Both the position numbers and the translations under genes were made by a program. A model generated the notes under the pieces. The model saw only the letters and a program-made list of their open reading frames with translations. It was not told where the DNA came from and did not search any database. From a virus (taxonomy: Duplodnaviria > Caudoviricetes): a DNA stretch of 64,000 nt. Numbering within the stretch: position 1 is the first letter of the stretch; each line of letters starts with the position of its first letter. The stretch spans positions 12,203 through 76,202 of IMG/VR virus record IMGVR_UViG_2840526738_000004; one strand, written 5' to 3'. Positions 27,374 through 35,333 of this stretch are shown in pieces.

Positions 27374-27396
27374 AAGGTACCCTACTAAGGTACCTT
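27374..27396 (-). terminator. terminator-like hairpin
   Basis: AAGGTACC-N7-GGTACCTT followed by TTG. Confidence 0.6.
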
Positions 27397-27397
27397 G

Positions 27398-27883
27398 TTA
27401 ACTAATTATTGCTTTTACATATACTATATCGTCTTTACAAGTTGCTTCCATGCATATAATGCGCCAAGCTAGTGTACCCGCTATGACATCCTTAATCTGT
27501 ATTGTATCGCCATGGACAAGTACATTACCTTGTGCATCCATTACAACTAAACGACCATATATCATGCAATCTAATAGATGATAAAGAGTAAGATGTTGAC
27601 GAAACATTTCACGATTTATGAAGTCAATAATGATATTGTTGACATAACAACACAATCCTTCTTCACTTTCACAATAATATACTTTTCCACCGTCAAAGTA
27701 ATCATGTGTTATAGCAAACATTGATAGATTGTTGTATTCCAAATAATCAATTAACATAAAAGGATCAGTTGTATTTATTAGCTCAACGCATTCTAAATTA
27801 CGTGTTACTGCCTCAATTTTGTGTACACCGTCTTTATAGTTGTATCGCACATCAACGTATTGCTCAAACTCTTGTTTTGTCAT
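27398..27883 (-). CDS. hypothetical early protein
   Basis: RBS GAGGG. Confidence 0.65.
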   Translation of the reverse strand: MTKQEFEQYVDVRYNYKDGVHKIEAVTRNLECVELINTTDPFMLIDYLEYNNLSMFAITHDYFDGGKVYYCESEEGLCCYVNNIIIDFINREMFRQHLTLYHLLDCMIYGRLVVMDAQGNVLVHGDTIQIKDVIAGTLAWRIICMEATCKDDIVYVKAIIS

Positions 27884-27884
27884 G

Positions 27885-28232
27885 TTAGTTGCCCTCGCTT
27901 TCTCTTAAATCATTGTATAATTGCAATAAAGCATTTTTACACCATTCCATATCTTCATATACGTCTTTCATATCATATGGTGCTCCATTTTTGCCATGCC
28001 CTGTATCGTCAAGCCATAAATAAGTTTCATAGCTTACATCCCAATCTTGATAAGTTATATAAATACTTTCAATGAAATCATCAATGTCATCAGTTTTACA
28101 TAATGTTATACTAAAATCTTGTCCTGCTGGACTAAATTGAGATAATAAATAATTTTCTCTTTCATCAGTAATTGTCCACCCTAATTCTTCGATTTTATCT
28201 AAAACTTCTTGTATTGTTTTCACATTCAACAC
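27885..28232 (-). CDS. conserved hypothetical early phage protein
   Basis: QFSPAGQDF...YETYLWLD..GHGKNGAPY.MKDVYEDME pattern. Confidence 0.7.
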   Translation of the reverse strand: MLNVKTIQEVLDKIEELGWTITDERENYLLSQFSPAGQDFSITLCKTDDIDDFIESIYITYQDWDVSYETYLWLDDTGHGKNGAPYDMKDVYEDMEWCKNALLQLYNDLRESEGN

Positions 28233-28250
28233 ATCCTTCTTTTTTTTATT

Positions 28251-28595
28251 TTAATTTTCTTCACTTTCTGTATATTCATTTTCGATGAAATTTAACGCTT
28301 GTTCCAGTGTTTCAAACCTTTGAAAATCGTCTACCGTTCTTATTTTCAATGTATTTTCATCAAAGTGCCTAACTGTATACTTTCTTTCCATGCTATCAAA
28401 GGTATCCTCACTAGTTACAAATAAGTTACCTTCCATTAATTCGGTTTCGATTTTTGTTCCCCAGTATTCCATAGTATCTTTATCAAAATAGTGCAATCCT
28501 TTTTCTTTGCACATTCTGATTACATCTTTCATTCTTAGCATGTTAATTATCCTCGCTTTCCTAAAAGTCTTCATAATATTCCACAAGCCAGTCAT
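28251..28595 (-). CDS. conserved hypothetical early protein (start probably MLRMK)
   Basis: G.HYFDKDTM.YWGTKI...FVTSE...RKYTVR pattern. Confidence 0.7.
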   Translation of the reverse strand: MTGLWNIMKTFRKARIINMLRMKDVIRMCKEKGLHYFDKDTMEYWGTKIETELMEGNLFVTSEDTFDSMERKYTVRHFDENTLKIRTVDDFQRFETLEQALNFIENEYTESEEN

Positions 28596-28941
28596 AGACC
28601 TGCTCAGAACCGCATAAAGCCATTAATTTGTTGTAATTTTCTTTGCATCCTACAAATGCTTTAAAACACTCAGATGCTTTTGTATAACCGAAAGCAGCTT
28701 GAAACTCATCAATATCATCATTACATTGTTCCCAAGCTACAGCATCACGTACTAAACAACCTAAACAATTATATAGTGTAGGTTTTAAAAAACCGGGATT
28801 ACATTGATATTCAAATGTGATACTTGTACCTGTATCAGCTCGTAAAATGTTCACAATGTAACGTTTGTGATATTGAGTAAATGTATTGCTTTGGTCTAAA
28901 CTTTCTTGGTATTTATATTCTAAAACATCTAAAAAACTCAT
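28561..28941 (-). CDS. conserved hypothetical early protein
   Basis: F.YQCN...PTLYNCL.CL..DA...F...FGY pattern. Confidence 0.7.
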   Translation of the reverse strand: MSFLDVLEYKYQESLDQSNTFTQYHKRYIVNILRADTGTSITFEYQCNPGFLKPTLYNCLGCLVRDAVAWEQCNDDIDEFQAAFGYTKASECFKAFVGCKENYNKLMALCGSEQVYDWLVEYYEDF

Positions 28942-28943
28942 AA

Positions 28944-29174
28944 TTACTTACCACCTTTCTCTATTAATTCCCTATGCTTTTCTAATCTATAAAGACCACA
29001 ACCATTTTCTCTATATTCTTTTAGTCTTTGCTTTGCTAGTTTAAGTGTGTATTCACTACATTCACATTCCCATTCGGTGCCATAGTTGCCCATGATATCC
29101 CAACGGTCAATAGTTTTTCTTTTATACATTTTATTTTCCTCTTTTCCCATAGTAAAGGGTGTACAATTTAGCAC
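28944..29174 (-). CDS. small conserved early protein (start probably MYKRKT)
   Basis: RKT.D.W.I.GNYG..WE...LKEYREN pattern; RBS GAGG. Confidence 0.7.
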   Translation of the reverse strand: MLNCTPFTMGKEENKMYKRKTIDRWDIMGNYGTEWECECSEYTLKLAKQRLKEYRENGCGLYRLEKHRELIEKGGK

Positions 29175-29179
29175 ACCCT
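29156..29179 (-). terminator. terminator-like hairpin
   Basis: AGGGTGT-N10-ACACCCT followed by TTA. Confidence 0.55.
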
Positions 29180-29186
29180 AATTTAG

Positions 29187-29396
29187 CTATTCTTCTACTT
29201 CTACTATTTCATCTTCTTCATCAATTACAACGGTAAAATCGCTTGGCGTAACATTTTCAACACCATTTTCATTATAATACTCAATCTTTCCCATGATGTT
29301 TTCTTGTGCAAATTCTAACGCTTCATTTCTTGTTTCATATCCTTCATCAAAGGCTACCATGTTACCGTCTAACCATATTTCATATTTATATGTCAT
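29187..29396 (-). CDS. small acidic early protein
   Basis: RBS GAGG. Confidence 0.65.
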   Translation of the reverse strand: MTYKYEIWLDGNMVAFDEGYETRNEALEFAQENIMGKIEYYNENGVENVTPSDFTVVIDEEDEIVEVEE

Positions 29397-29701
29397 AATG
29401 CATAACCTCTTATCTTACTTTCCACAATAACAGCCATTCTATCCACATATTGCCATAAATCATAACGTGTATCAAAATCAATTAATTCTAGTTCATGAGC
29501 AAATTCTATTATTCCTTTTGTTTTTTGAATTCTATCATACATAAACCCTAAATTGTTATAATTTTTATAAGCGTAAAATAAAATTTCCAATCTTTCAAGA
29601 AATTTAATAACTTGCTCATTTCTAGTGTCAACGTCTACTACAAGTACAGCTTCTTTAAATTGATATTTCATAATGCTTACCTCGACTTTCTTATAACTCA
29701 T
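29393..29701 (-). CDS. hypothetical early protein
   Basis: Operonic ORF. Confidence 0.6.
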   Translation of the reverse strand: MSYKKVEVSIMKYQFKEAVLVVDVDTRNEQVIKFLERLEILFYAYKNYNNLGFMYDRIQKTKGIIEFAHELELIDFDTRYDLWQYVDRMAVIVESKIRGYAL

Positions 29702-29963
29702 AATATCTTTCTTTATATGCCAGTAACTCGCTACAATAAAATCTACAATTTACATCTTCTGTTTCAAGTATTTCTCTTAATGATGACACTTCATCAGCAC
29801 CAACAGCATCTTGAATTGCCTTGAACATCTCACTCACAATGATACAACCATCAGTATCCAACTTCATTCCATATTCATTTGTTTGTCCACTGTATTCTGT
29901 ATCTGTTACGTCATATTCATTGATTAATTCATTGATTGTCTGTTCTACTTGTTCAAATGTCAT
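29691..29963 (-). CDS. acidic early protein, first gene of the early arm
   Basis: RBS GAGGA after the long leader. Confidence 0.65.
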   Translation of the reverse strand: MTFEQVEQTINELINEYDVTDTEYSGQTNEYGMKLDTDGCIIVSEMFKAIQDAVGADEVSSLREILETEDVNCRFYCSELLAYKERYYEL

Positions 29964-29974
29964 GTTCTTTTCCT

Positions 29975-30550
29975 CAACTTTCGTTGTAATTCAAAGGGCA
30001 GACCATTCAGCCTACCCTGTTAACCATTCATAATTTACATGAGATATCAACCTCACGCCCTAAAATTAGGGATTATATATTTCATATTGGCAACTTGTAC
30101 ATTGCCAATCAAAACATATTTTGATATAATGATGTCGTACAAAGTACAACACCAACTACACGTAACATCTATGATTACTTGTAAACTCAAGACTAGGTTT
30201 TCAATCCTAGCAGGCAGGTGCCTTATAGTTCAATGTCACATGATTCAATTTTCAAATATCTGTACATTACAGCTATTCTCACGCACTTGTACCGTTTCTC
30301 AACGTGACGTATGCATGTTTCACAACATTCACACGTGCCCTTTGAATGCTAGTCAATTGGAAATAAACCGTAAAACTTAATGGTTTAAAGCCTCAGTGAT
30401 TAATCTAGTTTTCTGTAGTTTATAGGTTTTTACAAGACCTAGTAACTTGTGTACTTTTTGTACAATTCAATTTTTGATTTTGTCATAACGGCTAGGGTTA
30501 CACAACTTAACTTTGTCAGGGTTTGTTTTGTGTTGCCCTTGTCATTTGAC
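29975..30550 (-). ncRNA. candidate long structured leader or ncRNA (~590 nt)
   Basis: Lies between a consensus promoter and the first ATG; at least 8 hairpins, GNRA loops (GUGA, GAGA), G-U pairs that work only on the minus strand, and a terminal terminator-like hairpin. Confidence 0.5.
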
Positions 30551-30556
30551 ACCTAT

Positions 30557-30630
30557 ATGATAATCGATAAATGATTACATGTCAACACTTTTTGAGAACT
30601 TTTTTTAAAATTTTTTTGCTAATTCTAAAA
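30557..30630 (-). promoter_or_regulatory. major early sigmaA promoter with A-tract UP element
   Basis: TTGACA (30585-30580)-17 bp-TATCAT (30562-30557); phased A5-A8 tracts upstream. Confidence 0.85.
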
Positions 30631-30681
30631 CTATTGATTTTTCTTTCTATATATACGACTAACAAAAAGGGTGTGAAATAT

Positions 30682-31056
30682 ATGAGCATTAAGGCAAAAA
30701 CAAAAGCTTTTATAGCTATGAAAAACATAAATCTTACCAAAATGGCGAACGAAAAAGGTATAGCAAAACAAAATTTGTCTAGGACTTATGGCAGAGATAC
30801 ACTCAAAATAAAAGAGTTGTTGGAATTATGTGCTATTGCTGATTGTAGACTGTCTATTGTTGATAATAGAACTAACCGTGAATTAATAAATTATAACAAG
30901 TATGATATAGCGGCAGAAATTATAATGGATATGATTAATGGCAATAACAATGATAGTTTTGTTGATATATATGATAGTTACAATAGCTATAATACAGCCG
31001 AGGAGCCAACACAAGAACAGCCCAAAATGAGGAAACCAATATCACGTAAAAAATAG
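30682..31056 (+). CDS. XRE/Cro-like HTH regulator divergent from the early promoter
   Basis: INLTKMANEKGIAKQNLSRTY...LKIKELLEL; RBS AAGGGTGTG before the ATG at 30682 (the ORF-track start is too far upstream). Confidence 0.75.
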   Translation: MSIKAKTKAFIAMKNINLTKMANEKGIAKQNLSRTYGRDTLKIKELLELCAIADCRLSIVDNRTNRELINYNKYDIAAEIIMDMINGNNNDSFVDIYDSYNSYNTAEEPTQEQPKMRKPISRKK

Positions 31057-31068
31057 CAACACTCATAT

Positions 31069-31112
31069 GTACCAGTTACCCGTCGGGATTACTCGCAACT
31101 GGTACTATTTTT
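31069..31112 (+). terminator. intrinsic terminator
   Basis: GTACCAGTT...AACTGGTAC followed by TATTTTT. Confidence 0.75.
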
Positions 31113-31140
31113 ATGGATCAGTCGACCTACTATATATGAT

Positions 31141-31960
31141 ATTATGTATGCTTATGATTATATAGGTTTATTTGTGTGATATTATGTGATTATATGATAG
31201 ATATAGATATAAGGCATGATATGACATAAGATATACTTATTAAGTATGATGAGTGAGAATGGGATGAAGTAACGTGGAATAGGTATATAGCATGAGATAC
31301 TAGATGATATAGAGTGTGATACTATATTATGAGATGTTCGATGTTAGGACTATATCTAATTAGTATGTTCGATGACAATCGAATGGACTTGGTTCCAATG
31401 TGAAGTAAACTTCACAACTATATATACGTGTAAGATATATATTACATGCATAGATAATTAACAAATAAACCATGAATAGCAGATAATCAACTGGTACGAT
31501 ACTACCATATAGATAATATTGATTATGTTCGCCGATTATATAGTTAGGTGGGGGTGGTTTACTATTCAAAGTTATGAAAAAGTCGTGAAAATCGCCCCAC
31601 CTAGTCAGCTCTAGCAATACACCAATATTCAAAATATGCCTATTTAATAGGCTTTTTTAATGCTCATTCAGATCCCTTGACACCCCTACCTTAATTTTCT
31701 TACACACCATTTCCATTACCCAAAAAAACTTTCTCAAAAATTTTCTGGGGGCTATTTTGCAAAGTGTAAAGTGGTTAAAATTGCCTATTTTTGACCTATT
31801 TTCGCCCTGTTTTTCTGCCCTATTTTTACACCATAAACATCCAGTTTTATATACCGAAAATCACATGTTTTACAGATGTTGTTTTTACATGTTTTTTACC
31901 GTTGTTACACCGTTGTTGTTTATGTAGTAAAATAGATGTTCCACATGTTCATTTACCTAT
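31141..31960. other. strand-asymmetric non-coding region; putative packaging or terminus site
   Basis: A C-poor, G-rich stretch switches to a G-poor, C-rich one across the inverted repeat TAGGTGGGG/CCCCACCTA; phased CCTATTTTT tracts follow. Confidence 0.45.
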
Positions 31961-32149
31961 TCAACGTTACTGAATAATATTCTGGTACCTTTTCACGCAT
32001 ATTGTTAGTCATGTCTAATATGTAAAGTGTACTTGTTAATTATATTTAGCTTCGCACAGTGAATATATTTACTGGTATGCTTCCCTCTTACCTCTCACAA
32101 TTACCTATCCATTTCCATTTGTACCATTCACACACTCGTAAAATCAATT

Positions 32150-32365
32150 CTAAGGCACCATACGTTCGTTCTGAGCAACTTTAGCATTTGAAACGAGTAT
32201 TAATTAGGGTAAACCTTAAAACTTCTTAAATCGAGCGTATTAGCCCTTTTACGGTATATCTATCTCTTCCGAGGTATACAATATCCCTTTTAAGGTATCA
32301 TACGAGCTGTCTGAGAGGTTTTACAGGTTAACATGAGTATCAATTAGGGTATACCCCTTAAAACG
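32150..32365. repeat. two block-conserved repeats, 140-bp period
   Basis: TAAGGyAyCATACG-N5-TCTGAG-N19-GAGTATyAATTAGGGTAwACC..TTAAAAC at 32151 and 32291. Confidence 0.8.
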
Positions 32366-32531
32366 CCTAGAATGACCTCTAAAGAGCTTATACGGGTATT
32401 GGCACGAATATCAAGACACGACATGGAACCTTTTGGGTTAGGTTTAGGGTTAACAGGTATGGTTTACAGGTATTACATTTAACATTAACCATTTATAGGA
32501 TTATATAATCAATCATTGTTAACCCAACATA

Positions 32532-33035
32532 TGTTGGATGAGTGAAACGAATACAACAAATGTCATGAATGAGTGAAACGAATGAATGTCATTACAAACC
32601 CCATTTGCTCTATTGGTTTATGTGCTAGATCTTGTGATTAGGAATACAATAGCAGGATTGAACGTTAGCCATCAGGGAGAACCTTATTGCGTTTCGACAT
32701 CAATGTCAAGCCACAGGTCAATGTGTTGTAGCATTCAATAGCGAATATTATTATTCGTCATGAATGTCGATTAATATTTGCCTATCAGACATTCATAATC
32801 ACATAGGTTAACAGGTTCATATTCTTGTGTTATAGGGTTCATTTACCTGACTTGACTGATAATTTAGTATGAATGAAATAGTATTTATGAATGTAATGAA
32901 TAAATACTATGTAATGAATACTAAATACTAACTTCTAATTAACTCCTAAAAGAGAAAGAAAATATATATACTACGTATATATACAAAAGAAAGATGAAAA
33001 GGGTTCTAATAAGGTTTCTTATGTACGTACATATA
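32532..33035. other. putative replication origin region (hairpins with GARTGWAAYGA loops, AT-rich palindromes)
   Basis: Loop motif at 32540, 32571 and 32889 inside inverted repeats; palindromes TATATATAC-tac-GTATATATA and TATGTACGTACATA. Confidence 0.4.
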
Positions 33036-33085
33036 TGACTGTTTAGATACAAAAAAAGATGCCCATTTCTGGACACCTAATCCTG

Positions 33086-33322
33086 TTATTTAGATTCTGT
33101 GTTATGCGCAATTTTATCTAGCAATTCTATAATTTCTGAAAAGCCTCCTACAATGACAGCTGTGACAAAGCATATGATCATTGCTGCAAGAGCAGAATCT
33201 TTGTAAAGAGGATTGCTAAGTATATACCAACAAATTCCAATTACAACTAGCAATGCTGCTACTGCTCTTAGGACAAAAGCCCAGAAATTGTAAACTCCAA
33301 AAAATTTCTTTAATTCGTTCAT
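33086..33322 (-). CDS. two-TM membrane protein (possible superinfection-exclusion or lysogenic-conversion gene)
   Basis: RBS AAGGGAG before MNELKK; two hydrophobic helices; flanked by its own terminators. Confidence 0.65.
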   Translation of the reverse strand: MNELKKFFGVYNFWAFVLRAVAALLVVIGICWYILSNPLYKDSALAAMIICFVTAVIVGGFSEIIELLDKIAHNTESK

Positions 33323-33396
33323 TTTTAATTCTCCCTTCATGCTATACAAAATAATAACACTTATGTCACAAAAAGAAAAGCCCTTACAAGAGAGCC

Positions 33397-34371
33397 TTAC
33401 TTTACAAACATATTATACATAATTTTGTCCATATTACATTTTGCTATTTTTGAAGCATGGACATATCTCATTGTTGTAGATCTATTGGCATGCCCCATCA
33501 ACTTTTGCAATGTATCTTCATCAGTACCATTCTCAATCATTGCTGTAGCAAAAGTGTGTCGCAATGTGTGAGGATGAATCGTTTCATAATCAAGTCCAGC
33601 TTTGATTGCAGCATTCTTGACGATTGTATTGATTGTACCCACAGATATTTTTTTACCCTTACTGTCTGGTTGTGTCGTGTGCGATACAAACATATACTCG
33701 TTTTTATCTTTCCACGTTAGATTTCTTTTTTCAAGATATTCTGTAAGTTGTACGTACAAGTCTTTATGGATTATTTCAATACGAACCTTGTCTCCTTTTC
33801 CCTTTGGTTGGATTACATATGACTCATCACTCTTGAAAATATCCCCAACTTTTAAATCTGTTATCTCAGCACGTCGCATTCCTGTAGTTAGCATTAGAGT
33901 GACAATGATTGTGTTACGGAAACCAGCGATACCTTTTGACATTCCAGCACCTAGTATCAGCCTTCTGCCTTCTTCGATGGATAATGCCCTATCCTGACTA
34001 AATTCTGAGATTGCGTTCTTGTATCTGTAACATCCTTCGTCTGTTGATATTGGATTATAGTTCATGACACCAACTGATTTACGTGACAAGAACTTGTAAA
34101 AACTGTTTAGGGCAGCAAGCTTTGCATTTACTGTAGCACGCTTCATTCCCTTTTTAATTTGTTCTGAACTCCAATCGTTGACAATTTCAGGTGTTACGCT
34201 TCTGATATCTTCCAGTGTAATGTCTTTACTGCTTTTCTTGTTGAAGAACTGCAAGATTGACCGTGCATAACTATCTTTGGTTTTATCTGAAAGATTGTTT
34301 GTGTACATGTCTGCATAATTAATTTCGTTAGCTTTCCCTACTTGTGTATCGTTTAACATTATCTGTTCCAT
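33397..34371 (-). CDS. XerC/D-like tyrosine recombinase/integrase, catalytically intact
   Basis: TTGMRRAEI (R), KGKGDK (K), HTLRH, LMGH, TTMRY (Y). Confidence 0.93.
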   Translation of the reverse strand: MEQIMLNDTQVGKANEINYADMYTNNLSDKTKDSYARSILQFFNKKSSKDITLEDIRSVTPEIVNDWSSEQIKKGMKRATVNAKLAALNSFYKFLSRKSVGVMNYNPISTDEGCYRYKNAISEFSQDRALSIEEGRRLILGAGMSKGIAGFRNTIIVTLMLTTGMRRAEITDLKVGDIFKSDESYVIQPKGKGDKVRIEIIHKDLYVQLTEYLEKRNLTWKDKNEYMFVSHTTQPDSKGKKISVGTINTIVKNAAIKAGLDYETIHPHTLRHTFATAMIENGTDEDTLQKLMGHANRSTTMRYVHASKIAKCNMDKIMYNMFVK

Positions 34372-34412
34372 AAGTTTATATCTCCTTTATTTACATCTTT
34401 ATTATACCATAC

Positions 34413-34442
34413 AGTCTACATAATATCTATATTATAACAGTA
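34413..34442. other. dif/cer-like recombination site (11-8-11)
   Basis: Minus strand TACTGTTATAA-TATAGATA-TTATGTAGACT; right arm is 10/11 identical to the Bacillus dif XerD arm TTATGTAAACT. Confidence 0.6.
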
Positions 34443-34549
34443 ATTAAAAAAGCTTTCACAGTTTTCATAAAAATACTTTCCCATATTTGGAAAACAGGGT
34501 TTATAATACAGGTATACAAAGAAAAGCCCATCAAATTAAAAGGAGGTAA

Positions 34550-34939
34550 ATGGTAGAAAAAGTTATTTTTACAACAGCACAGTCTTACAACAATAGCCCT
34601 TTAGACGAACTGTTAGCAAACACACCAATCGAAAAGATTGATCTAGCGAAAATGAAATTATTTTTAAATTTATACACAACAAAGGTAAAAACGGACAGGA
34701 GATTTATGTATTCCCTTGAAGCTGATCTGATTGATTATGTTACTGTAGCCCTCAGTAATGTCGAAATCACATCACGTGATAGAGAGATTTTAGATTTTTA
34801 TTTGTGCGGATATACCGAGAAAGAGATTAGCAGAATTTTAAAAGTTAGTATAAACACAGTGAACAAACACCTTAAATCAAGTATAAGAAAAATTATCGAG
34901 CAATTGTACAGTGAAGTAGGCGTAGAGGTCAAACATTGA
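34550..34939 (+). CDS. sigma-70 region-4/LuxR-type HTH protein; candidate late-transcription activator
   Basis: ITSRDREILDFYLCGYTEKEISRILKVSINTVNKHL; RBS AAAGGAGG. Confidence 0.8.
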   Translation: MVEKVIFTTAQSYNNSPLDELLANTPIEKIDLAKMKLFLNLYTTKVKTDRRFMYSLEADLIDYVTVALSNVEITSRDREILDFYLCGYTEKEISRILKVSINTVNKHLKSSIRKIIEQLYSEVGVEVKH

Positions 34940-35253
34940 GAGTAAGTGTTACGATCGGAAACGATGAAATCATTTTGGATGCTTCTCTTTCAGTAGAAGA
35001 ACGTATTCAATTTGTTGATGACCTCATCCAGAAATATGAACCATGGTTGACATATCGCATGCCAATCAATTACAAGGACAAAATGTGTTCAGGATACAAA
35101 GTTGAGTCAATCCTTGAACATTTGGCTTCTTACATTTTAAATGCTGTTAAAGTTGATGAAGAATATCCATGGCAAACATTCTATAAAAAACGTCAAAGTA
35201 TGATAAATGAGTGTAATTTAACAGATTTTGAACAGAAAATGAATAAATTTTAA
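34936..35253 (+). CDS. conserved hypothetical protein (pre-late cluster)
   Basis: ATGA-type overlap; LSVEERI..V...LE.LASYIL pattern. Confidence 0.7.
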   Translation: MRVSVTIGNDEIILDASLSVEERIQFVDDLIQKYEPWLTYRMPINYKDKMCSGYKVESILEHLASYILNAVKVDEEYPWQTFYKKRQSMINECNLTDFEQKMNKF

Positions 35254-35268
35254 TTGTTTTCGTAAAAC

Positions 35269-35304
35269 GGGGTGAAAAAACGGTTAAAAATCAACTATAT
35301 ATGT
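35269..35304 (+). promoter_or_regulatory. phage late promoter motif, copy 1
   Basis: GGGGTG-N16-TCAACTATATATGT. Confidence 0.75.
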
Positions 35305-35333
35305 GAGAGGTAAATTTTAAAGGAAGGTGTAAC

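Noticed and set aside
30039-30380. 113-aa plus-strand ORF in the early leader
   Set aside because: No SD, atypical composition, and antisense to a strongly promoter-driven structured region.
31360-31973. ORFs 31360-31632(-) and 31791-31973(+)
   Set aside because: They lie in low-complexity, strand-skewed non-coding DNA with no RBS or recognisable motifs.
32140-32390. CRISPR mini-array interpretation of the 140-bp repeats
   Set aside because: There are only two units; conservation is split into blocks over ~75 bp rather than one 23-50-bp repeat; no cas genes.
32960-33035. Hairpin-telomere (protelomerase) target
   Set aside because: The palindromes are only 14-21 bp and AT-rich, much shorter than known telRL-type sites, and the recombinase looks Xer-like rather than TelN-like.
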